Assembly: GCA_003509895.1 (NCBI GenBank)
Contig: DOMJ01000004.1
Coordinates: 1-36,342 of the forward strand
Source of the DNA: Candidatus Uhrbacteria bacterium
GTDB taxonomy: Bacteria > Patescibacteriota > Patescibacteriia > UBA9934 > UBA11717
DNA: 36,342 nucleotides
Direction of reading: 5' to 3'
Below the pieces are notes generated by a model that did no database searches, was not told where the DNA came from, and saw only the letters and a list, made by a program, of their open reading frames with translations. The number at the start of each line of letters is the position of its first letter. The first letter of the stretch is position 1. The position numbers were made by a program, and so were the translations under genes. Below are positions 32,605 to 36,342 of the stretch, piece by piece.

Positions 32605-35600
32605 TTAACTACACCCACTTGTAGACCCGCAATTGAGACACTTATAACAGGCCGCATTGCGAACCATGATGGATCCACACGTGTCGCACGCCGGCGCATC
32701 CGCTTGATTATCAAATGTCTGTGTAAGCGAAGCGGCTTTGTACTCCGTTACTCCCGATCCGCCCTGAAACAAGCTTGTTTGACTTGTAGCCGACGCTCCT
32801 TCGCTCTTTTGAACGACAGGCGCACTCAAATGATCATCCATACCTTGCTGATCCACCTGAATACCGAGCTCAATTTGCTTATTGACGTCCAAAAACTTGT
32901 ACGCCATCCACCTAAAGATATAGTCCACCACCGACTTGGCAATACGAATGTGTTGATTATTGGTAAATCCGGACGGTTCAAATCGCATATGCGCGAACCG
33001 ATTCACCAGAGCCTCCAATGGCACGCCGTACTGCAGAGCAATAGACACGGCGGACGCAAGCGCGTTCATGAGTCCGGAAATAACCGACCCCTCCTTACTC
33101 ATAACAATAAACAATTCACCGGGTGTTCCATCGTCATACAAACCAACCGTGAGGTAACCTTTGTGTCCCGCAATGGAGAAACGATGTGTAATGGAACGGC
33201 GCTCATCGGGCATCCTGCGGCGACGTGGCGTAACAACCTCACGCGTAATAACCACTGGTTGTGGGACCTCTTGTACCGAAGCTGTCTCTCCTTGTGCCGA
33301 GTCTCCCTTAGCTCCGTCGTCTTTTTGTTTTAAAGATGTGGTGAGTGGCTGTTGACGCTTAGATCCGTCTCTGTAAATGGCAATCGCCTTTAACCCCATT
33401 TTCCACCCCTCTCGATACACCTCTTCCACGTCCTCAATGGTGGCCGATTCCGGCATATTGACGGTCTTGGAAATAGCCCCGGACAAAAATGGTTGCACCG
33501 CGGCCATCATACGCACGTGACCCATATAGTGAATCGTGCGCGTTCCTTGAGCCGCTTTAAACGCACAATCAAACACGGGCAAATGCTCCTCTTTAAATCC
33601 GGGTGCGCCCTCAATCGTATCTTTTTCCCTAATGTAATCAATAATAGAATCACGCTGTTCCGGGTTGTAATTGAGGAAGTCAAGCGCCTCCGGCACGGTT
33701 CCGTTTACCAGTTTTTCCATCCCTCCATCCACCATCCACTTGTATTTTACCAGGGCGATATCCGGCTCAACACCTGTTGTTGCACAATCCATAAGGAACG
33801 AGATCGTACCCGTTGGCGCCAACACACTTATTTGTGCATTACGGAATCCAAATTTGGTCCCGTGCTCCAGAGCCTTGTCCCAACTTGATCGCGCTGCTGC
33901 CAACACATCCGATGGCACGCCCGCCTCCGGAATTCTATACGCCGCCTCACGGTGCATCCGAATCACCCCAAGCATAGACTCTCTGTTTTGCTCGTACCCT
34001 GCAAACGCGCCAATCTTTTCTGCAATCTTGGCGCTTTGATAATACGTTTGCCCGGACATAATGGACGTTAATGCGGCAGACAGATTGCGCCCTTCATCTG
34101 AGTCATACGGAAGACCGCGACTCATAAGCAGTGCGCCGAGGTTTGCATACCCAATACCAAGCGGTCTGTAATCAAAACTGTTTTGTTCTATAGACGGTGT
34201 TGGGTAGTCCGAGTTTCCCACGGCAATTTCCATAGCCGTAATCATCACTTCCAAGGCGTGACTATATGCCTCCACGTTAAAACTCTTGTCCTCGCGTCTA
34301 AACAACATTAAGTTGAGGCTCGACAAGTTACAGGCCGTATCATCCAAAAACATATACTCGGAACACGGGTTGGATCCATTAATTTGATCCGTCACTTTAC
34401 ACGTGTGCCACGCGTTGATCGTATCGTGATATTGCACGCCCGGGTCGCCACACCACCACGCACTTTCGGACATTTTGCGCATCAGTTCTCGCGCTTTATA
34501 GGTTTGCGCCACGTTACCCGTGGTTCGCTCAATGGTGGAAAAATCTTGATCCGCCTCCACAGCCTGCATAAACTGATCCGTTACGCGCACGGAGTTGTTG
34601 GCGTTTTGGAAGAAAATAGAACCATACGCGTCACCCGTAAACGATCCGTCGTACCCGGCATCAATCAACGCCCACGCCTTCTTTTCCTCCTTTACTTTGC
34701 ACTCAATAAACTCTTCTATATCCGGGTGATCAATGTTCAAAATAACCATCTTTGCTGCACGTCGTGTTTTACCACCGGACCGCACAATCCCGGCAAAGGA
34801 ATCCCATCCCTTCATAAAACTCACCACGCCGGAGCTTTTTCCGTTTGATTTTGCCAGGTATTCGCACGACCCACGTAAATTAGACAAGTTGGATCCGGTA
34901 CCCGAGCCATACTTAAAGAGCATCGTCTCCGTGGTCGCAAGATTCATAATGGATCGCATGTCATCTTGTACCGAGTTGATAAAGCACGCGGAACACTGTG
35001 GATGTGGTGTGACTCCAACATTAAACCAGACAGGGCTGTTAAATGCCGCCTTCTGGTTAATCAAAATATGCGTAAGTTCTGCCTCAAATGTGTCTGCATC
35101 CTCTTCTGTCTGAAAATAGCCGTCATTGCGTCCCCAATTGGCCATGGTGGTTGCAACGCGTCCTATAAGCTGACGTGCGCTTGTCTCTCGTTCCGGTTCA
35201 CCGATTTTTCCCTTAAAGTATTTGGAGACAACAATATTGGTGGCCGTCTGAGACCAGGTGACCGGCACCTCTACATCTTTTTGTTCAAAAATAACATTCC
35301 CTTTTTCATCTTTAATGGCCGCAATGCGCGTCTCCCATTGAATTTGATCAAACGGATGTTCTCCTGCTTTTGTAAACAACCGATGAACCGTAATACCCTT
35401 ACCGTATTTTGGTTCCGAACGATGTGTGGGAATCAAATTCTGTTTCTTTCCCATGTACGCACGCGCCACAAACGCCAAGTTGTTGTCTATACATGTGAGC
35501 GAAACCATTTCTCGAATATCGCCCGTAGAGGGTACGAGGACACCGTCGTATACCTTGTTCAAACGCGTAATCACATGACCCGTCATGCGTTGTGCATAGC

Positions 35601-35787
35601 GCAATGCCTTGTCTTGTTTTAAACCGGCCGTTTTTACGGCAGCATCGATGGATTTGTACAACTTCTCTTGAGAAAACGGCTCTTCCTTTCCGTCCATTTT
35701 TTTAACCGTTTTAACAGACGTCATAAACGTCCAAACGGCGTCAGCAGAACCTACCACCGTTTGTTGCAACTTGTTGGGCAAAGACAT
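32605..35787 (-). CDS. nrdJ: Adenosylcobalamin-dependent (class II) ribonucleotide reductase with an N-terminal ATP-cone and a C-terminal Cys-rich tail
   Basis: 1060 aa. ATP-cone VKKMDGKEEPFSQEKLYKSI, the NPCSEY active-site region, and a CDTCGS...CYKCLNCGSTSGC zinc-ribbon tail. Confidence 0.9.
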   Translation of the reverse strand: MSLPNKLQQTVVGSADAVWTFMTSVKTVKKMDGKEEPFSQEKLYKSIDAAVKTAGLKQDKALRYAQRMTGHVITRLNKVYDGVLVPSTGDIREMVSLTCIDNNLAFVARAYMGKKQNLIPTHRSEPKYGKGITVHRLFTKAGEHPFDQIQWETRIAAIKDEKGNVIFEQKDVEVPVTWSQTATNIVVSKYFKGKIGEPERETSARQLIGRVATTMANWGRNDGYFQTEEDADTFEAELTHILINQKAAFNSPVWFNVGVTPHPQCSACFINSVQDDMRSIMNLATTETMLFKYGSGTGSNLSNLRGSCEYLAKSNGKSSGVVSFMKGWDSFAGIVRSGGKTRRAAKMVILNIDHPDIEEFIECKVKEEKKAWALIDAGYDGSFTGDAYGSIFFQNANNSVRVTDQFMQAVEADQDFSTIERTTGNVAQTYKARELMRKMSESAWWCGDPGVQYHDTINAWHTCKVTDQINGSNPCSEYMFLDDTACNLSSLNLMLFRREDKSFNVEAYSHALEVMITAMEIAVGNSDYPTPSIEQNSFDYRPLGIGYANLGALLMSRGLPYDSDEGRNLSAALTSIMSGQTYYQSAKIAEKIGAFAGYEQNRESMLGVIRMHREAAYRIPEAGVPSDVLAAARSSWDKALEHGTKFGFRNAQISVLAPTGTISFLMDCATTGVEPDIALVKYKWMVDGGMEKLVNGTVPEALDFLNYNPEQRDSIIDYIREKDTIEGAPGFKEEHLPVFDCAFKAAQGTRTIHYMGHVRMMAAVQPFLSGAISKTVNMPESATIEDVEEVYREGWKMGLKAIAIYRDGSKRQQPLTTSLKQKDDGAKGDSAQGETASVQEVPQPVVITREVVTPRRRRMPDERRSITHRFSIAGHKGYLTVGLYDDGTPGELFIVMSKEGSVISGLMNALASAVSIALQYGVPLEALVNRFAHMRFEPSGFTNNQHIRIAKSVVDYIFRWMAYKFLDVNKQIELGIQVDQQGMDDHLSAPVVQKSEGASATSQTSLFQGGSGVTEYKAASLTQTFDNQADAPACDTCGSIMVRNAACYKCLNCGSTSGCS

Positions 35788-35844
35788 AGTGTATCCTTTT
35801 TTTGTTTCTTAAACCTTTCTAACACATCGCCTCTACACGCGGGT

Positions 35845-35874
35845 AAAAACACGATCTCGTTTGCAGAGATCGTG
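35845..35874 (-). terminator. Terminator/attenuator hairpin within the nrdJ leader, about 57 nt upstream of the start codon
   Basis: Minus strand CACGATCTC-TGCAAAC-GAGATCGTG (perfect 9 bp) followed by TTTTTA. Confidence 0.55.
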
Positions 35875-36342
35875 GAACCAGCCAAGCCTCTCCTCTCACA
35901 GATAAAGGATTGATGGGGCTCATCGCGTGTAAAAAAACAAGGGGTCAGGAAAGAGCAAACCTGTACGCCTGTCATTTTGGAATCCGTGACAGTCCCACAT
36001 CTTGTGCTCCAAATGGAATTCTACCACAACATGCAGTGGTCTACAGCTGTCCATTGTGTCGCACAACACATGGTTTGGGGATAACCTTTTCCTCCTCCCA
36101 GGGCCGCTGCCAATCTTAGCATGTTTTGGTCGGAAGGTCTTCCGTCTTCCAGCCTGTCGTAACCCGAGAACACAGGTGTTTTGAAATTTTCCTTTCTTCC
36201 TTTTTGTTTCGGCAAAAAGGAAGCCCGAGGCGGAGCCTGGCCCGGCTACACCGGGAAAAACCATGTGTCCTACTCCCTGCAGGAAGACTCTCGTCAACTC
36301 TTCGCGTCGCTGCAGGGGTGTGCCAACGTTTACGATTTGTTC

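Noticed and set aside
35920-36297. 125-aa minus-strand ORF in the nrdJ leader.
   Set aside because: It starts at a TTG that is part of a TTGACG -35-like hexamer. It has no SD, its composition is Arg/Gly/Pro-biased, and it runs through several strong hairpins.
35788-36342. Cobalamin riboswitch or NrdR boxes upstream of nrdJ.
   Set aside because: No GCCACUG core with flanking GGGAA/GGUG elements. The AGCC.GG...CC stretch does not fit the B12-box consensus beyond 6-7 nt. No pair of ACACNATATATNGTGT-like palindromes. The CACGATCTC/GAGATCGTG palindrome is better explained as a terminator stem.
1-36342. CRISPR arrays, Cas genes, integrase, transposase, reverse transcriptase, restriction-modification or toxin-antitoxin pairs.
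   Set aside because: I scanned translations and intergenic regions and saw no regularly spaced short repeats and no DDE, tyrosine-recombinase, YxDD, RuvC/HNH or methylase motifs. The only repeats are those listed at the tRNA-Glu locus, the RNA-unit modules, the cassette terminators and the 32-nt motif.

Overview
This 36.3-kb window comes from a compact, gene-dense bacterial genome. Sample 60-nt lines of ordinary genes that I counted by hand gave 22-31 G+C. Gene content and tight operon packing resemble a reduced-genome, CPR/Patescibacteria-like bacterium; that is an inference, not something I could verify. Most of the window is minus-strand housekeeping. It holds a partial type-IV-secretion-type ATPase, corA, cysS, and a 7-gene sugar/nucleotide-modification operon (epimerase, methyltransferase, APH-like kinase, P-loop kinase, Nudix, GT4, nucleotide-binding-domain (NBD)-only Hsp70). 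It also holds hrcA-grpE-dnaK-orf-dnaJ behind a CIRCE-like operator, a small K+ channel, ftsI-murF-Ser/Thr kinase-CPA2 antiporter, a deoxyribosyltransferase-like gene, class II ribonucleotide reductase nrdJ, and one tRNA-Glu(CUC). Four things stand out. (1) Four strongly GC- and GC3-rich orphan ORFs (17939-18808 +, 20919-21281 -, 21591-22106 -, 28913-31060 +) have no motif I recognise. Each is a monocistronic unit with its own promoter (TTGACA-N17 type for three, a weaker one for the 120-aa ORF), a strong Shine-Dalgarno (SD) site and a transcript-ending hairpin. They sit at the edges of conserved operons, and two of them carry homologous terminators. (2) Two tandem GC-rich promoter-to-terminator RNA units lie directly upstream of cysS; the proximal one has attenuator-like alternative pairings. 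(3) The tRNA-Glu locus is scrambled: tRNA fragments, three copies of the tRNA 3' end, and a 147-bp direct repeat bracketing an AT-rich membrane-protein gene, with no integrase. (4) A structured leader of more than 500 nt with a terminator hairpin precedes nrdJ, and it shares a GC-rich motif of about 32 nt with the tRNA-fragment locus. I saw no CRISPR array, Cas gene, integrase, transposase or reverse transcriptase. All family calls rest on motifs read from the translations and on memory; no database search was possible.
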